A stretch of DNA of 63,201 bases, filler included, from Octopus bimaculoides (lineage: Eukaryota), in NCBI RefSeq assembly GCF_001194135.2. It is 5 parts of 5 records of this genome, joined end to end, with 100 filler letters (N's around TTAATTAATTAA, not from the genome) between each part and the next. Parts side by side here need not be neighbours in the genome. Positions count along the whole stretch, not along the records: positions 21,018 to 40,777 come from NC_068985.1; positions 40,878 to 62,031 come from NC_068983.1; 3 more parts are not named here. The stretch is one strand, 5' to 3'. Positions within the stretch are counted from its first letter, which is position 1. Each line of letters begins with the position of its first letter. Shown here piece after piece: positions 36,018 through 49,659 of the stretch. The notes below the pieces were generated by a model. It ran no database searches, was not told where the DNA came from, and was given only the letters and a program-made list of their open reading frames with translations. The translations under genes were made by a program, and so were the position numbers.

Positions 36018-37192
36018 CCTCCTCTCTCTGTATATGTCTGTGTGTGCGTGTCTGATCTATATATNNNNNNNNNNNNNNNNNNNNNNNNNNNNNNNNNNNN
36101 NNNNNNNNNNNNNNNNNNNNNNNNNNNNNNNNNNNNNNNNNNNNNNNNNNNNNNNNNNNNNNNNNNNNNNNNNNNNNNNNNNNNNNNNNNNNNNNNNNNN
36201 NNNNNNNNNNNNNNNNNNNNNNNNNNNNNNNNNNNNNNNNNNNNNNNNNNNNNNNNNNNNNNNNNNNNNNNNNNNNNNNNNNNNNNNNNNNNNNNNNNNN
36301 NNNNNNNNNNNNNNNNNNNNNNNNNNNNNNNNNNNNNNNNNNNNNAACAAGGACAGGTTATTCGAAGTTTTCTTTCATCAGTCAATTTCCAGATAATCTT
36401 TGCAATTTCGGCTGGTTATACTCGAGGTCGCTCCAATCTGGTCAGCCCCAAGGAAAAACTAGGCTAAAAGAACTAGATTCCTTGGAAGAAAGCAGCGAAT
36501 GTATACAAAAAAAAGGAGGTTAAAAAAACGAACAATGTTACACGAATATATATATATACTCTCTCTTTTACTCTTTTACTTGTTTCGGTCATTTGACTGT
36601 GGTCATGCTGGAGCACCGCCTTTAGTCGAAGAAATCGATCCCAGGACTTATTCTTTGTAAGCCTAGTACTTATTCTATCGGTCTCTTGCCGAGCCGCTAA
36701 GTTACGCAGACGTAAACACACCAGCATCGGTTGTCAAGCGATGATGGGGACAAACACAGACACACAAACATACACACACACACACACACACGCATATATA
36801 TACATATATACGACTAGCTTTCAGTTTCCGTCTACCAAATCCACTCACAAAGCTTTGGTCGGCCCGAGGCTATAGTAGAAGACACTTGCCCAAAGTGCCA
36901 CGCAGTGGGACTGAACCCAGAACCATGTGGTTAGTAAGCAGGCTACTTACCACACAGCCATTTAATTCATTTAATTTTTCCACAATTTAATTATTTCTCA
37001 TGCTTTACTCAGTCGCAAAGATTGAAACCAGTACTAAAATGTTCTTCATGATAAAATTATTTTACCATTCTCTACTTTGTCTTATTTTCCTTATACGTAT
37101 CAACTCGTATGATTCCTTTTCAACCTTTTANNNNNNNNNNNNNNNNNNNNNNNNNNNNNNNNNNNNNNNNNNNNNNNNNNNNNNNNNNNNNN

Positions 37193-37242
<50 letters not shown>

Positions 37243-37605
37243 CAAGGGTATGAGAGGTATTGGTGTCAAAATGACCCAAAGTTGTCAGGTAATACTGAGT
37301 AAGTGCAATGGACAGACTATAGTTAAGCTCCAGATTCGATGATGATACGAATGAGGAGTCCAACGTAGGTTGTTTGTGTGTACGTCTGTGTGTCCATGTT
37401 TATTTCCCACCACCGCTTGATAACCGGTGTTAGTATCTTTACGTGATAGAATAAAAACTAGGCTTAAAAAAAAAACTGGCGTCGATTTGCTCGACTAAAA
37501 CCTTACAAGGCGGTGCCCTTGCATGACCGTAGTCTAACGACTAAAACAAGAAAAAGATAAAAGATTTTATACACAGACACACACACATACACGCACACAC
37601 ACACA

Positions 37606-37644
<39 letters not shown>

Positions 37645-37938
37645 ATATATATAGGAAATAATGGCACAGCAAGGTACCAATGTTTGCTGGAAATAGCAGT
37701 CGATAACCGTACGACGCTATTGTAAAGCTTCACTGAATGTATAGAGGCAAAGACTTGTGCCACTGTTTCCTATTTATAATTCAACCATTACAGTGCTTTT
37801 CGGTAGCTATACGGTTACTAGTATGTCAATTGAAGCACTTTCACTTTTTAGGTTACCTGATGCCATCCACAGTTTTGATACAGGTGTTACTGGATCTACC
37901 TTAGGAATCCCGCAGTGTTCGTTGAGTTTAGAATGAAA

Positions 37939-38281
37939 GAGGAAAGCGAAAATGGAGTTTATGAGAATCTTTATTCATCACAACGATCGTTTCGACCCAT
38001 CTTGCACCGTTCCATTGCGGCTGGAATACTTACGACTGGTTGTGTTGCATCCTTTGGTGCAGATACATCTCGTCAGGTGTCTGGTTTTAAAGAGGATATC
38101 TTGCTAAATATAATCGGTTTCTCTTGGCATGTTATTGTTGCCAACCTGACAAGATGCATCTGCACCGGTGGCTGCAACACAACCAGTTGTATAGTATTTC
38201 ACCCGTAATGGACTGATCCATGCAGGTCGAAACGATCGTTGCGAATAAAAATTCTCGTGAACTCCATTTTCAGCTTACCTC
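37939..38281. mobile_element. Palindromic (fold-back) MITE-like element
   Basis: About 140-bp inverted arms (gaaaatggagtttatgagaat...aacgatcgtttcgacc...tcgtcaggt versus acctgacaag...ggtcgaaacgatcgtt...attctcgtgaactccattttc). Confidence 0.85.
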
Positions 38282-38774
38282 ATTCATTACGCGCGCGCGC
38301 ACGCACGCACACACACACACACACACACACAAGAATAAGAGGTTGCCAGAAATATAACGTGTCATTTAACAATAACACCGGTTGGTGGTGCCGATGGCAT
38401 TGGCGTTGACCTTGGTGGTCGTCGTAATTGTGGTGATGTTGATGGCAGTGCTGGTGAAGCTATGGACACTAGTAAAAGGTATTGGTCGCAGTGATAATGA
38501 TGATGATGATGGTGGTGGTAGTAATGAGGATGATGATGGTGGTGGTGACAATTAATTTAGTTGTGGAGTTAAGAGATAATTAATGGCGTAAAAAGATACG
38601 GTTGTTTAGAAGTTTGGTGAGAGCTTTAACTATCTTGGTTTGCTGTTGATGTTGTCAGGAATTCTCGAAAACAAAGAAAGCTCTGTTTAAGGAAAGTTAT
38701 GAATCTGATACACACACACACCAAAACGCGCGCGATTACACTCACACTTACTCACACTCACACACACACACATA

Positions 38775-38817
<43 letters not shown>

Positions 38818-39705
38818 CACACACGACTCAAATGTATATGTATGTGTGTCTGGTGTATGTCTTTATGAACAAATGTACACATATATACATTTATGTGTGT
38901 GTATGTATGCATGTATGTATGTGTGTGTNNNNNNNNNNNNNNNNNNNNNNNNNNNNNNNNNNNNNNNNNNNNNNNNNNNNNNNNNNNNNNNNNNNNNNNN
39001 NNNNNNNNNNNNNNNNNNNNNNNNNNNNNNNNNNNNNNNNNNNNNNNNNNNNNNNNNNNNNNNNNNNNNNNNNNNNNNNNNNNNNNNNNNNNNNNNNNNN
39101 NNNNNNNNNNNNNNNNNNNNNNNNNNNNNNNNNNNNNNNNNNNNNNNNNNNNNNNNNNNNNNNNNNNNNNNNNNNNNNNNNNNNNNNNNNNNNNNNNNNN
39201 NNNNNNNNNNNNNNNNNNNNNNNNNNNNNNNNNNNNNNNNNNNNNNNNNNNNNNNNNNNNNNNNNNNNNNNNNNNNNNNNNNNNNNNNNNNNNNNNNNNN
39301 NNNNNNNNNNNNNNNNNNNNNNNNNNNNNNNNNNNNNNNNNNNNNNNNNNNNNNNNNNNNNNNNNNNNNNNNNNNNNNNNNNNNNNNNNNNNNNNNNNNN
39401 NNNNNNNNNNNNNNNNNNNNNNNNNNNNNNNNNNNNNNNNNNNNNNNAAATATCTATCTATCTATCTATCTATCTATATAATCATAAATATACAGGGATT
39501 AGCAGGAGCCTGCTTCTCCAACATACTGAGAATTCAGAAATAGCAGTCAAAGAACTACTGATTCCAAACTACAAATTTTTTCTCTAACGGAAGGTTTTTT
39601 CATACTGAGCTACTCGGCAAAATTGTTAATTATTAATTTTATTACTAATTGACGATTCCCTGCCCTATATATCTATCTATATATATATATATACACATAC
39701 AAATA

Positions 39706-40777
39706 CAGGATGCAGTGAGTAAATTGTCGCCATTTTATATTTTTTAATTTCGCGCATGCGCATTCTTTGTTTTTGTGTTTGTCGACTACACCGTATAGTA
39801 GGGTCAGTTGGGCACAGTCTATGAAAAAACAGCACTATAACGCTATTCACTCTGCCAGAAATTTGGAAACGATATGCTGTACTGTTTGGCATTCGCGCCG
39901 GAAGCTCTTGTATGAACATTTCAGAGTAAGTGTGTGTCAATCTGAGGAGAGTGTAGAGGATTCGAAAAGAGTTGGATGAGTCTAATGGTGATTACAAAGG
40001 TACTGCAGCTCGGAAAACTCGCTCTGATCATTCTGAGAAGAAAAGAAGTCCTGAATTTGTGGCTGAGATCCAGGCCATGATTGACAGCGATCCTTCCAAG
40101 TCAATCAGGTCCATCGCCAGGGATATGGCAGTGTCTGAGTTTCTTATCAGGCAGGTAGTGCCTGAAGACATTTGGTATTCCTCATACAAGATGAGAAAGG
40201 GCCAATTTTTATCCCAAGCCACCAAGGACAAGAAGAAAGTCTGTGCTATGAAGCTTTTGAACAAACTCAAGCATACCCTCCAACCGAACATGCTTTGGTT
40301 TTTCTCAAACGAGAAAATTTACTGCCAGGATCAGATGGTGAACACACAGAACCGCCCAAAATATGTACCGAGAGTGATAAAAATCAAACATCCAGTCAAC
40401 ATCATGGTGTTTGGAGTGAACACTAGTGATGGTGACGTTATGCCACCATTCATCTTCCCACACGGCCTCAGACTCAACACGAAGGCCAACATCAAGTGTC
40501 TGAAGGAGGTAGTACTGCCCTGGGTCAAGAGGGTGGCTGCTAGAACACCCTATGACTGGCAACAGGACTCTGTACTATGCCGCACAAGTAGGAGAAACCA
40601 GTCATAGCTGTCAGACAATTTCTGCAACCACATCACCCCTAACATCTGGCCACCTAACTCCTCAGACTGCAACTCCCTTGATTATTATGTGACGGCTGCA
40701 GTTGAGCGAGAGACCAAGAAAACTACTTGTAACACCAAAGATGAACTGAAGGCAAGGATTATGGCAGTATTCACCAA
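39706..40777 (+). mobile_element. maT/mori-type (DD37D) Tc1-mariner element, transposase pseudogene
   Basis: TA|caggatgcagtgagtaaattgtcgcc end. Motifs WFFSNEK, KHPVNIMVFG, WQQDS...WPPNSSDCNSLDYY, with 37 residues between the second and third D by my count. Several stops, truncated at the linker. Confidence 0.9.
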
Positions 40778-40877
40778 NNNNNNNNNNNNNNNNNNNNNNN
40801 NNNNNNNNNNNNNNNNNNNNNTTAATTAATTAANNNNNNNNNNNNNNNNNNNNNNNNNNNNNNNNNNNNNNNNNNNN
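40778..40877. other. Artificial linker (44N-TTAATTAATTAA-44N)
   Basis: Same structure as 5305-5404. It truncates the maT element. Confidence 0.95.
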
Positions 40878-40920
<43 letters not shown>

Positions 40921-41089
40921 GTATTTATTCATGTATGAATATATATATATATATATATATATCTACATTCCTCATCACACTTGTAAGACATCGGCTGAGA
41001 TGTATGTTGAGTCATGTATTCAGTAAAACTATCGGGATTATCTAATGATGTGGCGAATAATTGCTATTGGGTTTCGATTCCAGTTATAG

Positions 41090-41343
41090 CAGTGGGTTTC
41101 AACCAGGGTCTCTATGGCCCTTGGGAGTCCATATATGACTTTGTTGTTATAATTTATCTGCAATAAATTGGCTGTACTACTACAATAAACAAAATATTTC
41201 AACATATTTTAAATATAATTCCTTATAATATATATTTATAAAAATATAATAACCATTCGGTGTTTAAAACCTCCTGTGAGGGTTCACCCGTTTAAAGCGG
41301 GAACCAAAAGGATCAATAGGCAAAACGTAGTTGGGAACCACTT
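41090..41343. mobile_element. hAT (Charlie-like) MITE
   Basis: Ends cagtgggtttcaacc / gttgggaaccactt. The 8-bp flanks agttatag / cgctatag are 6/8 identical, consistent with a decayed TSD. Confidence 0.65.
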
Positions 41344-42553
41344 CGCTATAGGAACACTGATTTGCTTATGTTTGCTACTGTAGCTTTCTATTTCATAGAT
41401 TAATTATTGAACCGGAACAATGTTCCAATTTGTATAAGGCGGCGAGCTGGCAGAAACGTTAACACGCCGGGCGAAATGCTCAGCGGTATTTCGCCTGCCA
41501 TTACGTTCTGAATCCAATTTCCGCCGAAGTCGACTTAGCTTTTTATCTTTTCGGGGTCGATTAAATAAGTACCAGTTACGCACTGAGGGCGTTGTAATCG
41601 ACTTAATCCTTTTGTCCATCCTTGTTTGTCCCCTCTATATTTAGCCCCCGCTGTGGGCAATAAAGAAATACATATTCCAATTTGTAATTCACTTCCTGTT
41701 GAATCTACACCTAAATCTATGAAGAATACATAAATGTCACAAACTTCCAGTCCCTCATCATGGCAAGAATATTCGAAAGAAATCGATACATTTGGTGCAA
41801 GTGACATAATCTCATGTAATCAAGACTTTTCCGACACTTTCATCTACACAGTCTAAAACATAGACGACCTAGACAACCCACATCCTACACAAAACTTTAA
41901 CAATTGAACGTTAGAACACAGATGGCTCGTACTCTAAACAATAAAAGTGAAGTCCATCAAGCCGAGTACTTTGTGAAAACTTTTGGACTGAATAGAAGTT
42001 AGTGGCTCACGGAGTCTAAATCTGGCGCTGGACTACACCGATGTGAGTACGCGATTAGAATTTATTTTATCGGATCGGATTAATATCAGATAACGACTGT
42101 CTCAGCGGGATTTGAAAGAATGTAGTAATATAATTCAAGAATATTTATCAAGTACTTTACTTAAACTACCGACTGATATGAAAGTTAAACAGTGAATAAC
42201 GACTTTCTAAAAATGATAGAAAAAAAAAACAACAGCCTAAACAAAAAAAAAGTAATAGGAAAACCAACCTAAAGTTGTAGAAAAATGCAACTTCTGTTTA
42301 GTTGCAAGAAAGAGACGCTCACTTCCTATAAAATATGTTTACAATAGAAGTAGATGTAACATATTTCAATATCTTAGCAACTCTTATATAACGTGAATAA
42401 TAGATTTCTGAAACGTAAAACATATTAGATTTTTAAAGCATTTAATTTCCGTAGATTCCATGCGTCTAAACTATATATATATTCATGAGGCTTCGGAATA
42501 TCATTCAGAATGTATAGGACCTAGTTAGAACAATACAGCTTCTTCTCGTCAAG

Positions 42554-43030
42554 ATTGCGAGCTGGCAGAAACGTTAGCACGCCGGGCGAAATGCGTAACA
42601 GTATTTCGTCTGTCTTTATGTTCTGAGTTCAAATTCCGCTGAGGTTGACTTTGCCTTTCATCCTTTCGGGGTCGATAAATTAAGTACCAGTTGCGTACTG
42701 GGGTAGTCTAATCGACTTAATCCCCTCCCAAAACATTCGGGCCTAGTGCCTAGAGAACAAAAGAATACAGTTTCTTCTCATCCGAAACGAATGAAATAGT
42801 TAAGAAAAGTAAAACTCTAATAACCAGAATATATATTGTTTTCAGATTTGGCACAAAGCCAGCAGTTTCGGGAGAAGGGTTAAGTCGATTACATCGACCC
42901 CAGTACTCAACTGGTACTTATGTTATTGATCCCAAAAGGATGAAAGGCAAAATCAACCTTGGCCGAATTTGAGTTGAGAATGTAACGACAGACGAAATTC
43001 CACTAACAATTCTTCCAGCTCGCCGTCTTA
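42554..43030. mobile_element. Inverted pair of family A SINEs (42554-42760 +, 42840-43030 -)
   Basis: The plus copy starts gcgagctggcagaaacgttagcacgcc. The minus copy ends ttccagctcgccgtc. They are tail-to-tail about 80 bp apart. Confidence 0.85.
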
Positions 43031-43929
43031 AATTTGAATATATATTAACATGATATTTTGATGGGGAGGTATTAGATTAAATCACATTAAAACAGAACCT
43101 TTTTTCTTCTTATTAAAAACCAAGATGGACTTAGGTTAGTTAGTATCCAAGGGGTTATTCTAAATACATTGATGCATTTGTAGTGATATATCGAATATCG
43201 ATGTATCTATATTGTTTCCACTTTTGGAAGCCAGGTCTGTTACTAGAAAATGTCTTTGACAACTCACAGCCAAAGTGGATCCTGAACTCAACTCTGCATA
43301 TAATATAACGCAAAGGCTAAAGTAATAAAAGGAAGCATCAACGCTAGAAATAACAGCAAAGAGAAATCGAAATGAAATCACGACAATACAAAAAGGCGAT
43401 TTGGCCACGCTAGGAATATCTTTCTTAGCGTTTAGCTGTCTATCCATAAGAACGCCATTTTTTACTAATAAATATCCGAAAAAACTTTGTGGATTGAATC
43501 TATTTGTGTTTCACTTATATTTCAGACATGGAGATAGTAATATACTGCTTTTAGGATAATCAGTATTTAAGCCATTAGTCCGACACAATCGATTCTACAA
43601 CAGTGTTTACAAACAAACAATCTTATTCTGTAATATCCTATGTGTAAATCATAAAGCAAACATAAATATTAGACATCTTAATATCTAACGTCCATTTTCT
43701 TCCGGTTCCGTTCCTCGTAATCGCTATTCTATTTAGACAGTAAGTCGTTTTCTTGAGATTTATGTCGTATATGTTTGTATCGAGTATAAAACTTTGTTGA
43801 CCTGTCTGCTAATACTAACATATCTTTATTTTCGTATATGATAAAAAAAAACACATACAAAGTATATATATGTGTGTGTATACGTGTGTGTAGATTTGGA
43901 ATTCAAAACACCAGTACATATATATAATC

Positions 43930-44145
43930 ACAATATCACAGTATCGACCAGGCCACCAGATACTGTTACACACCGCTGGAACGATGCGCTTCCAATTCTG
44001 TATTGATTGTGCCAGTCTTTTCCATCTTGACCCAAATTGCTTGACCATATCCTTTTCCCATCGTCGTGGGGACCTTCCAAGTGGCCTTTTCCGATTTCTG
44101 GACTTGGACGACTGCATGGGCTCACGTGTTGTCTGTAAGCCTTAA
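43930..44145 (-). mobile_element. RTE-clade LINE 3' end
   Basis: KRPLGRSPRRWEKDMVKQFGSRWKRLAQSIQNWKRIV, homologous to 19370-19530. Confidence 0.8.
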
Positions 44146-44206
44146 AAGCTAAAGTAAAATAATACATATCTACACGTTACATTTTAATCAGTAGAAGTTA
44201 CAAAGT

Positions 44207-44252
<46 letters not shown>

Positions 44253-47200
44253 NNNNNNNNNNNNNNNNNNNNNNNNNNNNNNNNNNNNNNNNNNNNNNNN
44301 NNNNNNNNNNNNNNNNNNNNNNNNNNNNNNNNNNNNNNNNNNNNNNNNNNNNNNNNNNNNNNNNNNNNNNNNNNNNNNNNNNNNNNNNNNNNNNNNNNNN
44401 NNNNNNNNNNNNNNNNNNNNNNNNNNNNNNNNNNNNNNNNNNNNNNNNNNNNNNNNNNNNNNNNNNNNNNNNNNNNNNNNNNNNNNNNNNNNNNNNNNNN
44501 NNNNNNNNNNNNNNNNNNNNNNNNNNNNNNNNNNNNNNNNNNNNNNNNNNNNNNNNNNNNNNNNNNNNNNNNNNNNNNNNNNNNNNNNNNNNNNNNNNNN
44601 NNNNNNNNNNNNNNNNNNNNNNNNNNNNNNNNNNNNNNNNNNNNNNNNNNNNNNNNNNNNNNNNNNNNNNNNNNNNNNNNNNNNNNNNNNNNNNNNNNNN
44701 NNNNNNNNNNNNNNNNNNNNNNNNNACGCACACACTCACACACACAAGCACGCACACACTCACACACACACACACAAGCACGCACACACTCACACACACA
44801 CACACAAGCACGCACACGCTCACACACACACACACACACAAGCACGCACACACACACACACATGTTTGTGTGTTTGTACGTGTATTAAAGCAAGGAATTA
44901 TCATCAGAGATATACCTTTGTTAACCCTAGAAAAAACTTACATCTCTTTATCGATACATATTTGAATTTTGGAAGACCAGAATTTCCCTACCAGTTCATC
45001 ACGGCTGCCTAGAATTCGTTGTATGTCTCTATATGTATGTATTTATGTTCATATATTTCTATGTGCTTCTGTGTGTGAAGATATCGTTTTCTTTATATCC
45101 TACCCCAGCTCAATACTTCAGGAGGTTTAAGAATTTTTCAATGTATTTCATTAGAAATATTTTTGGTAACGTAAGGTTTCTGCTACAATAATGAATCTGT
45201 TCTTTCACTATAAGCTGTGGTAGATTCGAACTGGAATATGCTTATCATTGTTGTCTTTCGTGATCGGAGAAATCGCCTCCCTTTAGATATGTGTTTGAAA
45301 CACGCGATTTAATGGTGTAAGCAGACGTTAAAACAGCACTGTGTTTCGACTTCATTCTATGTCTTATTAGTTAAATTTACGCAGGCACGATGAATCTAAC
45401 AGTAAATAATCTCGTGTTTATAGTAATCAGCAAATTATTTGCTGATGTATGCTGATATCTGCTAATCTATGAAGAACACGCATAATAATGAGAGTCCAAA
45501 CAATAACGTACCTACACGATCTCAACACTTTCTGACTGATTCAAACATTAGTGTCTGATCGCTATTGTATTTCGTCATCAGATGACATCTCCCTTTAGAC
45601 GATGTGTGTTCAGAACATGCGATTCACCGGTGTAAAGGACTTGCAAACAGCTTATTGTGTGTCTCTTTATCACACAGTGGACCGACGAATCTAACAAGAA
45701 CACAGGCACTTCAAGTTCAAATCTACTTGAATGCACTGAGATTGAACGCACACGTTACTGCTTGGTTTCACGTCCTGCTACGTGCTCCTCATGAAATATT
45801 CTGATGTTTATTTACCCTGTAGTTTCAATACAAACCCAGTAAAAGAATAATTTGTTAACCTCTTAACTTCCTATATTTTGGGGATAGAGAAATAAATTTT
45901 TGAAGTTCAACATTTAAGTAGCGTGAAAGAATTTTTATCGGAATTTTATCGCTCTTCCTGAATATAAAGAATTGGCAAAACTGTTAGAGCCTCGGAAAGA
46001 ATGTCATCATCCTTTTCCGTACAATGTTCACTAGGATCGGATCCAACTAAAATCAGCTTTGCCTTTAATTTTTCTCAGGATCGATAAAGTACCAATTATG
46101 TATTCTCGCCTTTCTTTCTTTCTTTCTTTCTTCCGTTCTCTCTCTCTCTTCGGGCCCTTGTGCCTAGAGTAGAAAAGAATATTATTCTCACTCATAAGGC
46201 AGAGAGTTGGCAGAACTGTTAGCAAGCCGGACTGGATGCTTGACGCAGCATTTCTTTCGGTGCTTTACATTCTGAGTTCATATTCCGCCGAGGTCAACTT
46301 TACCGCTCATCCTTTCGTGGTCGAGAAAATAAAATACCCGTCAAATACTGGGGTCGATGTAATCAACTTTCCACGCCTTTCAGAATCGCTTGCTTTGTGC
46401 CAAAACTAGAAAGCAATACTGTCTTAACTCCATACGCAGCTAACATTAAAACCATAAAACAGTTTACTTTGACTTCCATTTCAGAATCTCTAGAATAATA
46501 CATTTTACTATTTATTCCACCTCAGTTCTTCCTCTATAAATATTCTCTTCTTACCAGGCCAAACAATACCAATATTTAAAACAAAAACTGTTATTCTCAT
46601 GTGCACACTTTATTTTCAACACCAAAACTATTTTTTCTATCTTTCCTTTTAGGTTTAAAAAAAAATATTAATCAGAGTCGAAGAAGAGGAAATCAATAGA
46701 TCTTTTGTTTTTGTTTTTTCAATGAATTTGAGAAATTATAATGATGAAAAATTGCTAAATGTCTTATTTTCTCTCACTCCTATTTCATTTCTAGTAGAGT
46801 TGTGATCAGCTTAGTTTATCATGGAAACTAAGTTGGCAGCATCGGGCGAAACTATTGCTGCCGTTAATCTAATTATGGCAATGTTTCCGCGACAAAGAAT
46901 TCACCGCAACACCTTTCATTTTCAACACATTTAAGCATAAATTGTAAGAATGCTGAAGAATGGTTTCATGTTTTCTAGAACATAATTGCTTGCGTGGAAA
47001 GCATTAGAACGTTGCAGATCCATAGAATGGGTTTTGTTGTAAAGCTATCAAATCTTATGTTGAATGGTCTTTTAGCTTTTCTACTTGGCATATGAAATGC
47101 TGGTTATTGTAAAGAAGCCAAAGAAATAATCGCCTTTTATGTTAAGCGCAAAAGATTTCGTTGCTGTCAGGAATATATTTAGGGACAGTTTTTTTTTTTA

Positions 47201-47813
47201 TTTTCAGTTTAGTATAATAAACGATTTCAGTTTTGCTTTTTATCCACTGGCTGTTTCTATCGTTATATCATTTGTTATATTAGTTTTATTGTTTTTAATT
47301 TATTTAATCTTACTTAACATTTTGCCCATTACTGACGTATTGAGTCATGGGTGACTTATTTCGACTTCGTTTTACTCATAAAAGGGTAGAACTTTTGTAA
47401 ATTCATAGGCGGATATACCCTATATTACAGGATATATCTTCAATTGTAGGAGAAAGACTGTCAAATATTTTATAGAATTTACGACAGAATGTCTTATGGA
47501 AAGCCATAGTAATGTTCCATACCTTTTTGGATAAGTGCGCTTTGTCACTAAAAACACTTGCAGTTAATTTTCTTTTAAGTGCACTTTTTAGAATATGCAG
47601 CCGTAGAGTCCCTAATATATCACTGTAAACTCAAGAGAGCATATATATATATATATACTTTTTTTTCAGTTATTAGACAGCAGCCATGCTGGGGTATCAG
47701 CCTAAAAAGTTATAGTCGAATAAATCTACATTATAACTGGCAAAACAAAGAGCTCTCATATTGAGAGTCGTGAGAGTATGAGGTTATGAAAAGAAATGTT
47801 GGTGTGAGGAAAT

Positions 47814-48004
47814 GGATGTGGAGGAAATCGAGAGAGGAATAGAGTCAGTGTAGCAGGATGATGGGATGGGATGTGAGAGTGTTATCCATTGCTATCACAT
47901 GATAAAAGAGTAGTGTGAAAAAGGGAGCATGAGGTAGAGAAAGAGATGAGCGAGGCGAGGAATTGGAGAGACTGCAGTTTTAAATGGGAATGAGTGTGTC
48001 CCGG

Positions 48005-48057
<53 letters not shown>

Positions 48058-49098
48058 NNNNNNNNNNNNNNNNNNNNNNNNNNNNNNNNNNNNNNNNNNN
48101 NNNNNNNNNNNNNNNNNNNNNNNNNNNNNNNNNNNNNNNNNNNNNNNNNNNNNNNNNNNNNNNNNNNNNNNNNNNNNNNNNNNNNNNNNNNNNNNNNNNN
48201 NNNNNNNNNNNNNNNNNNNNNNNNNNNNNNNNNNNNNNNNNNNNNNNNNNNNNNNNNNNNNNNNNNNNNNNNNNNNNNNNNNNNNNNNNNNNNNNNNNNN
48301 NNNNNNNNNNNNNNNNNNNNNNNNNNNNNNNNNNNNNNNNNNNNNNNNNNNNNNNNNNNNNNNNNNNNNNNNNNNNNNNNNNNNNNNNNNNNNNNNNNNN
48401 NNNNNNNNNNNNNNNNNNNNNNNNNNNNNNNNNNNNNNNNNNNNNNNNNNNNNNNNNNNNNNNNNNNNNNNNNNNNNNNNNNNNNNNNNNNNNNNNNNNN
48501 NNNNNNNNNNNNNNNNNNNNNNNNNNNNNNNNNNNNNNNNNNNNNNNNNNNNNNNNNNNNNNNNNNNNNNNNNNNNNNNNNNNNNNNNNNNNNNNNNNNN
48601 NNNNNNNNNNNNNNNNNNNNNNNNNNNNNNNNNNNNNNNNNNNNNNNNNNNNNNNNNNNNNNNNNNNNNNNNNNNNNNNNNNNNNNNNNNNNNNNNNNNN
48701 NNNNNNNNNNNNNNNNNNNNNNNNNNNNNNNNNNNNNNNNNNNNNNNNNNNNNNNNNNNNNNNNNNNNNNNNNNNNNNTATATATATTTTATATATACTT
48801 TATCTATAAGGCTCAATTTAATTTTTTATAAATTGATTTTAATTGAGTTTTTTACCTGTAATTTTGGATTTTGTCCCTAATAATATTATTATATATATAT
48901 ATATATATACATACGTTGGTACACATCTGTAAGTGTATGGATGTGGAAGAAACCAAGAGAGGAACAGCGTCAGTGTAGCAGGATGATGGGATGGGATAAA
49001 AGAGTAGTGTGAAGAAAGGTGCATGAGGTAGAGAAAGAGATGAGGCTGGCGAAAAATCGGAGAGACTGCAGTTTTAAATGAGAATGAGAATGTCCCAG

Positions 49099-49140
<42 letters not shown>
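47814..49140 (+). repeat. Diverged direct duplication (about 47814-48057 and 48938-49140) spanning a gap
   Basis: Both read ggatgtgga.gaaa..gagagaggaa.ag.gtcagtgtagcaggatgatgggatgggat...gagactgcagttttaaatg...gaaacagagagag. The second copy lacks about 30 bp. Confidence 0.8.
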
Positions 49141-49146
<6 letters not shown>

Positions 49147-49659
49147 GAAGTATGAGAAGAGAGAGTGATGTCCTGGCGAAGTTTCAAATAGAAGGAACAG
49201 ATGTAAAGTGATCAATGAGTGGAGAGATGTGTGAACAGAGGGAAAAGATTGGTTCGACATAGAGGAGGAGGAGGAGGAGGGGGAGAAGCGAGGGTGCGTA
49301 CAGTTAAAACATCCCAAACGAAAGGACGACAATGGGTGAACATAATTTTCAAAGAGATATTCACTCCAACAGGGCAACTTATTCCTATAACGTTACCCAC
49401 TTCTCCTTGTCTCTCCTAAACAACAATATCTCGCCTGTTATGCTTACACATGGCAGATGTTTCCATGGGAACGTTCCAACTTTTTTCCCTGGGTTCATAT
49501 TTCTGGTGTATGTATTAAATAAGAGGGGGATTCATTACACTTATTTCAGGATAGTCTTTTTCCCGATATAGTATAGTATTTTTGCGACAACATCACGTCG
49601 CATAGGGACGCGGGACCTTGACGACATTCACGACCAGTTGCTAATCACTTGTGTGACGA

